From an uncultured delta proteobacterium (GTDB lineage Bacteria; Myxococcota; Kuafuiibacteriia; Kuafuiibacteriales; Kuafuiibacteriaceae): 64,000 nucleotides of DNA. The DNA lies in contig CAWDML010000008.1 in assembly GCA_963803435.1 (NCBI GenBank), positions 160,001 to 224,000 on the forward strand, written 5' to 3'. How positions within the stretch are numbered: position 1 is the first letter of the stretch; the number at the start of each line of letters is the position of its first letter. Below the pieces are notes generated by a model, which saw only the letters and a list, made by a program, of their open reading frames with translations, was not told where the DNA came from and did not search any database. Of the stretch, positions 10,046 to 19,533 are shown piece after piece. The position numbers and the translations under genes are program-made.

Positions 10046-12265
10046 TCAGCCCGTCTCCTTGCGGGAAACCGCCGGACCTCGCCGTTTGTTCCTCTTCGGC
10101 CGCTCGTGCCGGTTCCTGCGCGTCTTGGTCCTCGTGGCTCCATCCTGCGCCGGGCGCTCGACCAAGCGCAACTCGACCTTGCGACGGGACACGTGGGCCG
10201 CGGCGATTTGGGCCCGGACGCGGTCGCCGAGGGCAAAGATGCGGCCCGTCCGCTGCCCGACCAGGGTCGCACCGAACTCGTCGACCTCGTAGAAGTCGTC
10301 GGGTAGGGCCTGGACCGGAATGAGGCCTTCGATGAACGGGTTGTCGACCATCACGAACATCCCGAACGCGGCGATGCCGGTGATCGTGCCGTCGAGCTCC
10401 TCACCGAGGTGATCGCGGGCGATCAACGTCCGATCCAGATCCATGCAATCGCGCTCGGCGATCATGGCGCGTCGCTCCGCCACCGAGCTGGCGAGCGCGA
10501 TCTCCTGCAGCCGGTGGAAGTCGTAGGCGCCTTCCTGGCCGGCGACGCTCTGCTTGAGCAGGCGATGCACGATCAGATCGGGATAGCGCCGGATCGGGGA
10601 CGTGAAGTGCAGGTAGGCCTTGGAGGCCAGCCCGAAGTGTCCCTTGCACTCTGCGTCGTAGCGCGCTTGCTTGAGCGAGCGCAGCAGGAGCCCGTGGAGC
10701 GCCTTGCCTTGGGGATGAAGCGAGATGGACTCGAGCAGCTGAGCGACCTCGCCGGGGCTCGGCTCCTCCGAGAGCTTGACGTCCACGCCCAGCCGCTCGC
10801 AGAGCCCGGCGAAGAGCTCGAGCTTCGCGGGATCCGGATCCTCGTGTACGCGGAAGACGGTCGGCAGATCGCGATCGAGGAAGTACTGCGCGACCGCCTC
10901 ATTGGCGGCCAGCATCAGCTCCTCGATGAGCCGGTGGGCGTCGTTGCGCGGTCGCGGGTGCGAGGAGACCGGACGTCCCTCCGGATCGAAGTCGATCTCG
11001 GCCTCGGGCAGGTCCAGATCGATCGCGCCGCGCTTGATCCTCCGCTCGAAGAGTTTGTTCGCAACGCGGGAGAGCAGCAGGAGCGTTGGCAGCAGCTTGG
11101 CGCACTCCTCGTCCGGTTCGCCCTCGAGGGCCCGCGCGACGCGCGTGTAGGTCAACCGAGCTTGCGAACGCATCACGGCGCGATCGAATCGCGCCGACAG
11201 GATGCGCCCGGTCTTGTCGACCGAGAGCTCGGCGAGCATGCAGAGCCGGTCCACCTGCGGCTTCAGCGAGCAAAGGCCGTTCGAGAGCGGCTCCGGAAGC
11301 ATCGGGATGGCTCGGTCCGTCAGGTACGTGCTGGTGCCCCGGCGGAAGGCCTCGACGTCGAGCGGCGTCCCTACGCGCACGTAGTGGGACACGTCGGCGA
11401 TGGCGACGAAGAGGCGGTACCCGGAGCCGTCGCGCTCGGCCCCGACGGCGTCGTCGAAGTCGCGGGCGTTCTCTCCGTCGATCGTCACGAGCGTGAGGTT
11501 CTTGAGGTCGCGGCGGCCGCGCATGTCCTCCTGGGTCGGTGCATCGCCGAAGGCGCTCGCCTCCCCCTCGACCTCGTCCGGGAACGGGACGTCGAGGTCG
11601 TGCTCGATCATCAGGCGCTTCACCTCGGTCGACCGCTCGCCCGGCTTGCCGAGAACCTGCAACACCTTGCCGATGGGAGGGGTCTTGCCGGGCACGCCGT
11701 GCTCGAGGACCTGGAGCTCGACCAGCTCGCCGTCGGTCGCCTCGCCGGCGTCGCCCGGGCGAATCGTGACGCTGGTGAGCCGGCGCCGGAAGCCGCCGTT
11801 CTGGTCGAGGTCGGTCTCGACGAACATGGCCCGGCCCACCCTGCGGAACTTGCCGACCAGGCGGCGTCGCGGCCGCTCGAGGACCTCGACGACGCGCACG
11901 AACAGGCGGCCCCGGCGGTCCCCGGGGACCACCTCTCCCCGGATGCGATCGCCCGGGGCCAGGCTGCCGGCTTCGTCGGGGAGGAGCGGCAGCGGATCGC
12001 GACGCTTCCCATCGTCGGGGTGCAGGATCAGCCGCCCGCGCGGATCGGCTTCGACCGTGCCCTCCATGGCCTGTCCAGCCCGCGACATCCGGTAGGAGCG
12101 CCCGTGGAGCCGCTCGATGATTCCCCGGCGGACCAGCGACTTGAGGATTCTCTTGGCGCTCTTCTCCTTCTTCGGAGAGGCCCCGGCCCGCCGGAGGAGC
12201 TCGTTTTGATGAAAGGCGCGGGTCGGCTCCGCCGACAGGATCGCGAGAAACGCTTCGTCGTCCAT
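10046..12265 (-). CDS. rnr: Ribonuclease R
   Basis: N-terminal HTH and cold-shock domains; RNB motifs TIDGENARDFDDA, VAIADVSHYV, HFTSPIRRYPDL; C-terminal S1 domain and basic tail. Confidence 0.93.
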   Translation of the reverse strand: MDDEAFLAILSAEPTRAFHQNELLRRAGASPKKEKSAKRILKSLVRRGIIERLHGRSYRMSRAGQAMEGTVEADPRGRLILHPDDGKRRDPLPLLPDEAGSLAPGDRIRGEVVPGDRRGRLFVRVVEVLERPRRRLVGKFRRVGRAMFVETDLDQNGGFRRRLTSVTIRPGDAGEATDGELVELQVLEHGVPGKTPPIGKVLQVLGKPGERSTEVKRLMIEHDLDVPFPDEVEGEASAFGDAPTQEDMRGRRDLKNLTLVTIDGENARDFDDAVGAERDGSGYRLFVAIADVSHYVRVGTPLDVEAFRRGTSTYLTDRAIPMLPEPLSNGLCSLKPQVDRLCMLAELSVDKTGRILSARFDRAVMRSQARLTYTRVARALEGEPDEECAKLLPTLLLLSRVANKLFERRIKRGAIDLDLPEAEIDFDPEGRPVSSHPRPRNDAHRLIEELMLAANEAVAQYFLDRDLPTVFRVHEDPDPAKLELFAGLCERLGVDVKLSEEPSPGEVAQLLESISLHPQGKALHGLLLRSLKQARYDAECKGHFGLASKAYLHFTSPIRRYPDLIVHRLLKQSVAGQEGAYDFHRLQEIALASSVAERRAMIAERDCMDLDRTLIARDHLGEELDGTITGIAAFGMFVMVDNPFIEGLIPVQALPDDFYEVDEFGATLVGQRTGRIFALGDRVRAQIAAAHVSRRKVELRLVERPAQDGATRTKTRRNRHERPKRNKRRGPAVSRKETG

Positions 12266-12345
12266 GAAGGGGGCAGACGTTGAACCATCCGGTCGATCCT
12301 TGTCGAGCGCCAGATGGCTCAGATCGGCGATACTCGGGGCGACGC

Positions 12346-14373
12346 ATGCGGATCCTGGATCCGGACCGATACCTGCCGGCGAGCGCCTCATCCGAGGAGC
12401 GGTGGCGGGCGCAACGCGTGTTGATCTACGCGGCGCTTCTCTCGCTTCAGGCGGTGGGCTTTGGAACCTTCTACCTGGTCCGCGGCATGTACGTGTTCGC
12501 GGCGGTGATCTTCTGCGGCGTGGTGTTCGGCGTCGCGACGGCGCTGGTGATGCGTGTGACCCGCTCCTCTCTCGTGAGCGGCTACTGGCTGCACTTCCAC
12601 GTGGCGTGGGTGCTGTGCTGGTTCACGTATCACACGGGGGTTCACGGGCCCTCGATGATCTGGTTCGCGCTCCTCCCGTTGCTCGCGCTGATGTCGAACG
12701 GGCGCCGCGCCGGGATCTTCTGGGCCTTGGTAAGCGGTGCCTGCGTCTCGGCGGTGTTCGGCCTCGACCTGGCGGGCCACGAGTTTCCGGTGTGGATCGA
12801 CCCGGCCTCGATGCAGATCGTCGAGTGGACCAGCATCCTCTCGATGATCGGCGGGACGTTCTGGGTGGTGATGACCTACGAGCGACACCAGGCCCAAACC
12901 ACGCACGAGCTGCAGACCGCCAACGAGCGCTTGACGGAGGCGTTGCAGCAGGCTGCCGCCGCCAGCCGAGTCAAGAGCGCGTTTCTCGCCAACACCAGTC
13001 ATGAGCTGCGCACGCCCATGAACGGTGTCGTCGGTATGACCAGCCTGCTGATGACGACGCCCCTCTCCAACGAGCAGCGCGAATACGCGGAGACGATCCA
13101 CGAGTCGGCCGAGTCGCTCCTGTCCGTCATCGACGAGATCCTCGACTTCTCCCAGCTCGACGCCGGGAAGCTGAAGCTGGCCCACCTCGAGTTCGACCTG
13201 CGCGAGCGGCTCGAGTCGTTGATCGCGCTGTTGGCCGAGCGCATCGGCGACAAGCCGCTCGACCTGGTCACGATCGTCGACGAGCACGTCCCGGAGCGCC
13301 TCATCGGCGACCCGGTTCGTCTCAACCAGGTGATCACCAACCTGGTCGACAACGCGCTCAAGTTCACGGACGGGGGTGAGGTAGTCCTCGAGATCGCGTG
13401 CGCAGCGGTTCGGGGGAGCGAGGTCGAGCTCCGGGTGTCGGTCCGCGACACGGGGATCGGGATCGCCGTCAGCGACCAGGGGACGATCTTCGAGCGTTTC
13501 ATGCAGGTCGACAGCTCGAGCAGGCGACGTTACGGAGGGACCGGTCTCGGCCTGGCGATCTCGAAGCAGCTCGTCGAGCGGATGGGCGGTCAGATCCAGG
13601 TCGAGAGCGCGCCGGGCGCAGGCAGCACATTCTCGTTCACCGCACGCCTCGAGCGTGCCGCCGACACCGAACGCTCGCGACGCCGCATCCGCATGACCGG
13701 ACGCGTGTTGATCGGGCCGATGCAGCCGGGCCTTCTCTCCTTCGTCGAGCGGGCGATGGCGGCCCGAGGTCTGACGCCGGTGCGCGCGGAGTCGGCGGCC
13801 GATCTGGAGGCCCGCCTGGGCGAGCTGGATCTCACCGTGGTCGATCTCGATCGGACACCCGTCCAGGGGCCGCGCCTGATCCGGTTATCGAGGCGCAAGG
13901 AGGGCGATCTCTCGAAGCCGGTCCGGGCCGCCCAGCTGGACGCGCTCCTGGAGCGGATCACGGCGACCGATCGCAAGACGGCTTGCAAGGTACTGGTCGT
14001 GGAGGACAACGCGGTGAACCAGCTGGTCGCCGCCACGATGATCGAGCGGCTGGGATACGCGGTCGAGGTGGTGGCGAGCGGACCGGAGGCCTTGGTCCGC
14101 TGCGAGATGCACGACTACGGTGTCATCGTCATGGACTGCCACATGCCCGGCATGGACGGCTTCGAGACGGCTGCCGAGATCCGACGCCGCGAGCGAGGCC
14201 GCGGCGCGCGCACCCCGATCATCGCGCTGACCGCGAGCGCCGCCAGCGAGTATCGCGCCCGCTGCCTCGACGCCGGGATGGACGACTTCCTCACCAAGCC
14301 GGTCGAGCTCGACACGATGCAGACGATCCTCCACCGCTGGGCCGAGCCTGGAGACCGCGGCCCTCAGCGCTGA
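12346..14373 (+). CDS. Hybrid membrane sensor histidine kinase / response regulator
   Basis: Several N-terminal TM helices; FLANTSHELRTPMNG (H-box), NALKFT, DTGIG, GTGLGL; C-terminal receiver VEDN...MDCHMPGMDG...KP. Confidence 0.93.
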   Translation: MRILDPDRYLPASASSEERWRAQRVLIYAALLSLQAVGFGTFYLVRGMYVFAAVIFCGVVFGVATALVMRVTRSSLVSGYWLHFHVAWVLCWFTYHTGVHGPSMIWFALLPLLALMSNGRRAGIFWALVSGACVSAVFGLDLAGHEFPVWIDPASMQIVEWTSILSMIGGTFWVVMTYERHQAQTTHELQTANERLTEALQQAAAASRVKSAFLANTSHELRTPMNGVVGMTSLLMTTPLSNEQREYAETIHESAESLLSVIDEILDFSQLDAGKLKLAHLEFDLRERLESLIALLAERIGDKPLDLVTIVDEHVPERLIGDPVRLNQVITNLVDNALKFTDGGEVVLEIACAAVRGSEVELRVSVRDTGIGIAVSDQGTIFERFMQVDSSSRRRYGGTGLGLAISKQLVERMGGQIQVESAPGAGSTFSFTARLERAADTERSRRRIRMTGRVLIGPMQPGLLSFVERAMAARGLTPVRAESAADLEARLGELDLTVVDLDRTPVQGPRLIRLSRRKEGDLSKPVRAAQLDALLERITATDRKTACKVLVVEDNAVNQLVAATMIERLGYAVEVVASGPEALVRCEMHDYGVIVMDCHMPGMDGFETAAEIRRRERGRGARTPIIALTASAASEYRARCLDAGMDDFLTKPVELDTMQTILHRWAEPGDRGPQR

Positions 14374-14448
14374 CGCGAAAGCCGCCGGCTGAGGCGGAAT
14401 CCCCCATGATCCGTGGCGTGGTGCGACGCTTGCCAGCGTGGAACAGGG

Positions 14449-15384
14449 ATGGAAGGGGTCGAGGCCCTCCTGGCGGAGCGCGGTCCCCTGCCGGGTCGGT
14501 TCGGCGGCTATCAGCTGCGGGGCCGCCTCGGTCGCGGAGGAATGGCCGTCGTCCTGGACGCTCGCCACGAGGACGGCCGGCCGGTGGCGCTCAAGCTCAT
14601 GCGCGTCCGTTCCACGCCGGCCGGCGCGCGGCTCGCCGGAAGGTTCCTGCGGGAGGCCAAGCTGCTCCACGACCTCGACGATGCCGGCATCGTCCGACTC
14701 TACGACTACGGCCAGGTGGACGACGTGCTGTTCATCGCCCTCGAGCGCATCGAAGGGTCGACGCTGCACGCGATCCGCTACACGTCGCCCCTCGATTGCG
14801 ATGCGTTGCTGTATCTCGGCGAGCGGCTGGCGCTGACGCTGCACCGGCTCCACGGCGCCGGCATCGTCCACCGCGACGTGAAGCCGGCCAACGTCCTCGT
14901 CGATCGAGACGGCCGCGCTGTCCTGATCGACTTCGGCATCGCGACCTCGACGAGCACGGAGGCGATCACGCGCGCGCACGACATCCTCGGTACCACCGGC
15001 TACATCGCGCCCGAGCTTCTCGAGTCGCGGCCCCCGACGCCCCTCGCGGATCAATACTCGCTCGGGCGGGTCCTGTTCACGATGGCGGCGGGTGAGGTGG
15101 ATCGTCCCACACAGGGCGACCGCGTCGAGCGGCTGGTGGCGGGGCTCCAGATCGACTGGGCCAGCTTTCCACGCGGACCTCGGTGGATGACGCTCCAGGC
15201 GATCATCCAGCGGATGGTCGAGATCGAGCCCGAGCGGCGCTTCCCGGATCTCCTCAACATCTCGCGGACGATGGCCTCGCTGCGCTCCTCCCTGGTCGAC
15301 CCCGAGGCCACGCTGGGCGCGCTCTCCGAGATCGCCGCGGCTGCCGGCGCGCCCGCGTCGACCCAGGTCTCCACGCTGCATTGA
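14449..15384 (+). CDS. Cytoplasmic Ser/Thr protein kinase
   Basis: GRGGMAVV, VALK, HRDVKPAN, DFG, GTTGYIAPE; alternative start at 14413. Confidence 0.9.
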   Translation: MEGVEALLAERGPLPGRFGGYQLRGRLGRGGMAVVLDARHEDGRPVALKLMRVRSTPAGARLAGRFLREAKLLHDLDDAGIVRLYDYGQVDDVLFIALERIEGSTLHAIRYTSPLDCDALLYLGERLALTLHRLHGAGIVHRDVKPANVLVDRDGRAVLIDFGIATSTSTEAITRAHDILGTTGYIAPELLESRPPTPLADQYSLGRVLFTMAAGEVDRPTQGDRVERLVAGLQIDWASFPRGPRWMTLQAIIQRMVEIEPERRFPDLLNISRTMASLRSSLVDPEATLGALSEIAAAAGAPASTQVSTLH

Positions 15385-15464
15385 TAGGCAGCCATTCGTG
15401 TTCCTCGACCTCATCTTCGGCTTCCCGTGCCCGGTTCCCTGGTCATGCATTACTATCGGCAGTC

Positions 15465-16718
15465 GTGCGGCTTCTGGTCCTGGGGCTGCTCCTCGCGAGC
15501 TGCGGGGGCGATCGGCTGCTCCTCGATCGTCCCTGGGATTCGGATCGGACCGTCGTGCTGGTCGCGGTGGACGCCTCGGGCCGCGCGCTGGGAGCGCCCT
15601 CGATCGCGAGCGGCGCCCACATCGACCTCACGGTCTCGGCCGAGCCGCCGTTCTCGCTGTACGCCTACGTGTTCGACCCCGAGGTTCTCGCCGCCGATTG
15701 TCCGGTGGGCTTCGAGGGTGAGGGACTCTCGCTCCCCGGCCGCCGGGACGTCTTTGTCGCGGCCGTGACCGAGCGTGGCGGCGCTGCGACGTTCGCGCCT
15801 GCCGAGTCGCCGGGGATCGACGTGAAGACGACGTGCGCGCCTCCGGTCTCATGTCCTGCGCTCTCGGTCGAGGACCTTCGGCTCGACGAGCTCGCAGCAG
15901 GCGGCGGGGTCGTCGCCGTGCTGGCGCTTTCGCCGTCGAAGGTGCTGGTGGCCGGCGCCCAGCTGCCGAGCCTCCTCGAGCTCGACGGAGAGGCGCGGCG
16001 GCTGCTCGACACCGGCGCGCTTCACGGTCGAATGCGGACCCTCGCGCTCCAGGGCGACACGGTCTACGGCGCGACCGAGGAGGAGATCTTCCACTTCGAT
16101 CTGGCCACCGAGACCTTCCACGTGGAGCCTTCCCAGCAGGGCGGCCTCGAGCTGGTGCCGGGCGCCGCCCCGCTGGTCTACGGCGACTTCGGCATCCGGG
16201 AGGTGTTCACGGTCGATACGGGGACCACGGCGATCGAACGGATTGACGTCCCGGTGCGCCAGGTGCGGATGAACGCGAGCGACTATGGTCTCCTCGTCGA
16301 CAACGACAGCAATGTCTACATCTTCGGCGGCGTGAGCTGGACCGAGGCCCAGCCGGGCGCCGGGCTCCCGGTGGAGAGCTTCCGCCGTCTCGATGGGGAC
16401 GCGAGCTCGTATCTCACGGTGGGCCGGCGCGAGAACGCCTTCCTCTACAAGGACGGCGCCTGGCGACAGCTCCCGTCCGCGTTCAACCGAGGGATCGGGC
16501 TCAACGACGTGGTGGCGCTCGGGAACGATCGTTTCATCGTGGCAGGTGAGTTCGGCTCGGCGGCGCTGTATCGGGACGGGGAGTGGTGCACCTACGATCT
16601 CGGGACCCACGACAGCCTGAACCGGGTGGTGGCCGCGCCCGATCACAGCACGTTCTTCGCAGGGACCGTCTTGGGCGCCGACGGCTCCCCTCACCTCCTG
16701 CGCTTCACCCTCGAGTGA
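15465..16718 (+). CDS. Hypothetical lipoprotein with probable beta-propeller C-terminus
   Basis: Lipobox LLASC after GTG start; repeats such as 'LNDVVALG..FIVAGEFG..LYRDGEW'. Confidence 0.7.
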   Translation: MRLLVLGLLLASCGGDRLLLDRPWDSDRTVVLVAVDASGRALGAPSIASGAHIDLTVSAEPPFSLYAYVFDPEVLAADCPVGFEGEGLSLPGRRDVFVAAVTERGGAATFAPAESPGIDVKTTCAPPVSCPALSVEDLRLDELAAGGGVVAVLALSPSKVLVAGAQLPSLLELDGEARRLLDTGALHGRMRTLALQGDTVYGATEEEIFHFDLATETFHVEPSQQGGLELVPGAAPLVYGDFGIREVFTVDTGTTAIERIDVPVRQVRMNASDYGLLVDNDSNVYIFGGVSWTEAQPGAGLPVESFRRLDGDASSYLTVGRRENAFLYKDGAWRQLPSAFNRGIGLNDVVALGNDRFIVAGEFGSAALYRDGEWCTYDLGTHDSLNRVVAAPDHSTFFAGTVLGADGSPHLLRFTLE

Positions 16719-16764
16719 CACCTCTTGCCAAAGCCGTGTCCGATCAGCGAGGGCGCAGTGACAC

Positions 16765-17250
16765 GTGTCCGATCTCGACGCTCATCCGCTGGTCGCGACG
16801 CTGACGGTGCTGCGGGAAGGCAACCAGCTCCCCAGCGCCGTCGGCACCAATCGTCCCTCGGGAAAGCCGAGCACCCGCTCCGTCGAGACGATGATGGCGA
16901 TCGCCGCTGCGACCTTCTCCAGCCAGCGCGGACCTCCCGCAGCCGATCGGATCGCGTGGCTTCGCCGCGAGTATGTGGATCTGATGTCGCGGGCCTCGGG
17001 CCGCGGGCGCTTCTACTTCGGGGCGGGTGCGCTGGTCGTGTCGATCGGGGCGCCGATCATGATCGGCAGGTTGCGGCCGTTCTCCCGACTCACGCACGAG
17101 GAGCGGGTCGCATCGCTCCAGCGGTTCGAGTCCCACGCGCTCGGCTCCATCCTGGTCGCGCTCCGCGCCATCCTCTGCATGCTCTGGTACGAGCACCCCG
17201 AGGTGGCCCGCGAGGTTGGCCTCACCTGGGCCGAGAGGCCGGTCCGATGA
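16765..17250 (+). CDS. Small partner of GMC oxidoreductase (gluconate 2-dehydrogenase subunit 3-like)
   Basis: 'RPFSRLTHEERVASLQR', 'LCMLWYEHPEV' pattern; ATGA overlap with the downstream GMC gene. Confidence 0.6.
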   Translation: MSDLDAHPLVATLTVLREGNQLPSAVGTNRPSGKPSTRSVETMMAIAAATFSSQRGPPAADRIAWLRREYVDLMSRASGRGRFYFGAGALVVSIGAPIMIGRLRPFSRLTHEERVASLQRFESHALGSILVALRAILCMLWYEHPEVAREVGLTWAERPVR

Positions 17251-18773
17251 AGGTGACGCACGGCCGCGATCACGTGGGTGATCTCGCCCTGGAGGCGGAC
17301 GTGGTGGTGGTGGGCTCGGGCGCCGGAGGTGCGGTGGTGGCCCACGCGCTGGCGGAGGCGGGCCTCGATGTGGTGGTCCTCGAGGAGGGCGGTCACGTGC
17401 GTCCGGACGAGCACGCGCGGATGCGCCCCAGCGAGTCGCTCCGCCACCTGTGGCGCGAAGCCGGGATGACGATGGCCATCGGCCTCGGCGGGTCTCCGAT
17501 GATCAACGTGATGATGGGGCGATGTGTCGGCGGCTCCTCGGTGCTGACGGGCGGGGTGTGCTTCCGGATCCCCGAGACCGTGCTCGCCGACTGGCAGCGC
17601 GACTACGGGCTCGACGACTTCACCGCGAAGAACCTGGAGCCGTACTACGGGGCCGTCGAGAAGACGGTCAACGTCGAGGAGGTCCCGGCGACGATGCGTT
17701 CACGCTCGACGCAGCTCTTCGGCGAGGGCGCCAGGAAGCTCGGCTACGAGCTCCACAGCATGCGCCGCAACACCAAGGGCTGCCAGGGTTGGTCGACCTG
17801 CAACTTCGGCTGCCCCGAGCAGGCGAAGATGAGCGTCGACATCAGCTATCTGCCGAGGGCTGTCGAGATGGGCGCGCGCATCTACTCCGACTGCCTGGTG
17901 GAGAAGGTCCGCATCAAGGACGATCGCGCGGTCGGCGTCCGCGGCCGCGTGCTCAACGGGGAGAACGGGAAGCCGCAGGGCAGACTCGAGGTCCGGGCGC
18001 GGAGGGTGGTGCTCGCCTGCAGCGCGCTCTACACGCCGGTGGTGCTCAAGCGGAGCGGGATCGGATCGCGATCGGGACAGGTCGGCCGCAACCTGACGCT
18101 CCATCCATCGTTCCGGATCATGGCCCGCTTCGACGAGCGCGTGGACGGCTGGAACGGCTCGCTGCAGAGCGCCTTCTCATCGCACTACGAGCCCGAGGGC
18201 ATCCAGCTCAACAGCGTCTTCGTCCCCGGCGGGATCCTGGCCGCTGCCCAGCCCGGCGTGGGCCCCGCGCATCTGGCGCGCGCCCGCCAGATCCCGCACC
18301 TCGCGATCTTCGGCGCCAACCTCCACGACGCCGGCGGCGGTGTGGTGCACCGGTGGATCGGCCGCGAGCCGATCGTCACCTACCGGATGACCGAGAAGGA
18401 CAAGGCCGCGATCCCGCGCGCGCTCGAGATTGCCGGCGAGACCTTCCTGGCCGCCGGCGCCAAGGAGCTCTTCCTTCCGGTGCTCGGCCTGGAGGGCCTC
18501 GACGCCGACGCGTTCCGCGCCCTCGATCTGGCGCGCCTCCCGCCCAGCAAGCTCGAGTGCGCCTCGCAGCATCCGCTCGGAACCTGCCGGATGGGCAGCT
18601 CCCCCGACACCTCCGTGGTCGATCCGAACGGTGAGACCTGGGACGTGAAGGAGCTGTTCATCACCGATGGCAGCACCGCGCCCACCAGCCTGGGCGTGAA
18701 TCCCCAGCTGACGATCATGACGCTGGCCACGCGCTTCGCCTGGAAGATGCGCGAGCGGCCGCTCGTGGGTTGA
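17247..18773 (+). CDS. GMC family FAD oxidoreductase (long-chain alcohol oxidase-like)
   Basis: DVVVVGSGAGG, GRCVGGSS, CNFGCP, VGRNLTLHP, HPLGTCRMG, GVNPQLTIM. Confidence 0.92.
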   Translation: MKVTHGRDHVGDLALEADVVVVGSGAGGAVVAHALAEAGLDVVVLEEGGHVRPDEHARMRPSESLRHLWREAGMTMAIGLGGSPMINVMMGRCVGGSSVLTGGVCFRIPETVLADWQRDYGLDDFTAKNLEPYYGAVEKTVNVEEVPATMRSRSTQLFGEGARKLGYELHSMRRNTKGCQGWSTCNFGCPEQAKMSVDISYLPRAVEMGARIYSDCLVEKVRIKDDRAVGVRGRVLNGENGKPQGRLEVRARRVVLACSALYTPVVLKRSGIGSRSGQVGRNLTLHPSFRIMARFDERVDGWNGSLQSAFSSHYEPEGIQLNSVFVPGGILAAAQPGVGPAHLARARQIPHLAIFGANLHDAGGGVVHRWIGREPIVTYRMTEKDKAAIPRALEIAGETFLAAGAKELFLPVLGLEGLDADAFRALDLARLPPSKLECASQHPLGTCRMGSSPDTSVVDPNGETWDVKELFITDGSTAPTSLGVNPQLTIMTLATRFAWKMRERPLVG

Positions 18774-18791
18774 GCGGTCGCGGGCCCGCGC

Positions 18792-19109
18792 TCACGGCTT
18801 GGCCAGCGGGTCGGTGATCACGCAGGCTCGGCCGCCGGTCCGGTCGAGACACGCCTCGCCGGGCCGGCAGTCCTCCATCCGATCGCACGACGGCAGGCAC
18901 ACCGTCCGGCTGCTGGTGGCGACGCAGAGTCCGTCGCTGCAGAGATCGCCCTCCACCGAGCAGCTGGCGACGCAGATCCCGGTCACGGCGCAGTAACCGC
19001 GATCGACGTGCTGGCAGTCCTTGTGCTCTTCGCACGAATCGCCGAGCCCGCTCCTGCATCCGAGCGGGCCGAGAAGGAGTAACAACATCAACAGACGAAG
19101 GGTCGACAT
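18792..19109 (-). CDS. Small Cys-rich lipoprotein
   Basis: Lipobox PLGC followed by many Cys in myxobacterial Cys-repeat spacing. Confidence 0.75.
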   Translation of the reverse strand: MSTLRLLMLLLLLGPLGCRSGLGDSCEEHKDCQHVDRGYCAVTGICVASCSVEGDLCSDGLCVATSSRTVCLPSCDRMEDCRPGEACLDRTGGRACVITDPLAKP

Positions 19110-19112
19110 GGC

Positions 19113-19487
19113 TCAGGGCCTCGGCGCGTACGGATCGAACGAGCACGATCCGGTGAGCGCGCAGCTACGCTGACAGTGGTTTTCGATGCAGGAGACCGCC
19201 TCGGGGCAGACCGTGGCCGTGCAGACGCAGGCGTTCGCGTCGCAGGTCCAGTCCGGTGAGGAAGTGTCGGACGACGCGCCGCAGTCCTCGGCGGTCTCAC
19301 AGCTTGGCCGGCAGTCGTCGTCTGTGACGCACGCCTTCGTGCAGACTCCGCCCACCGAGCAGTAGTAGTCCGTTCCCCGGCAGTCGCTGGAGCCGGGCGT
19401 ACAGGGAGCGCCGGGGTCGGCCGGGCAGCCTCCGGGGCTGCAGGCGACGAAGGCACCGAGGGCCAAGATCGTGATGAATCGACGCAC
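19113..19487 (-). CDS. Small Cys-rich lipoprotein
   Basis: Lipobox FVAC; dense Cys repeats; 3 bp from the next gene. Confidence 0.75.
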   Translation of the reverse strand: MRRFITILALGAFVACSPGGCPADPGAPCTPGSSDCRGTDYYCSVGGVCTKACVTDDDCRPSCETAEDCGASSDTSSPDWTCDANACVCTATVCPEAVSCIENHCQRSCALTGSCSFDPYAPRP

Positions 19488-19533
19488 TCCGGGCTCTACA
19501 ACCCGGCGGCGGAGGGTGGTGATGTGGCGGCGG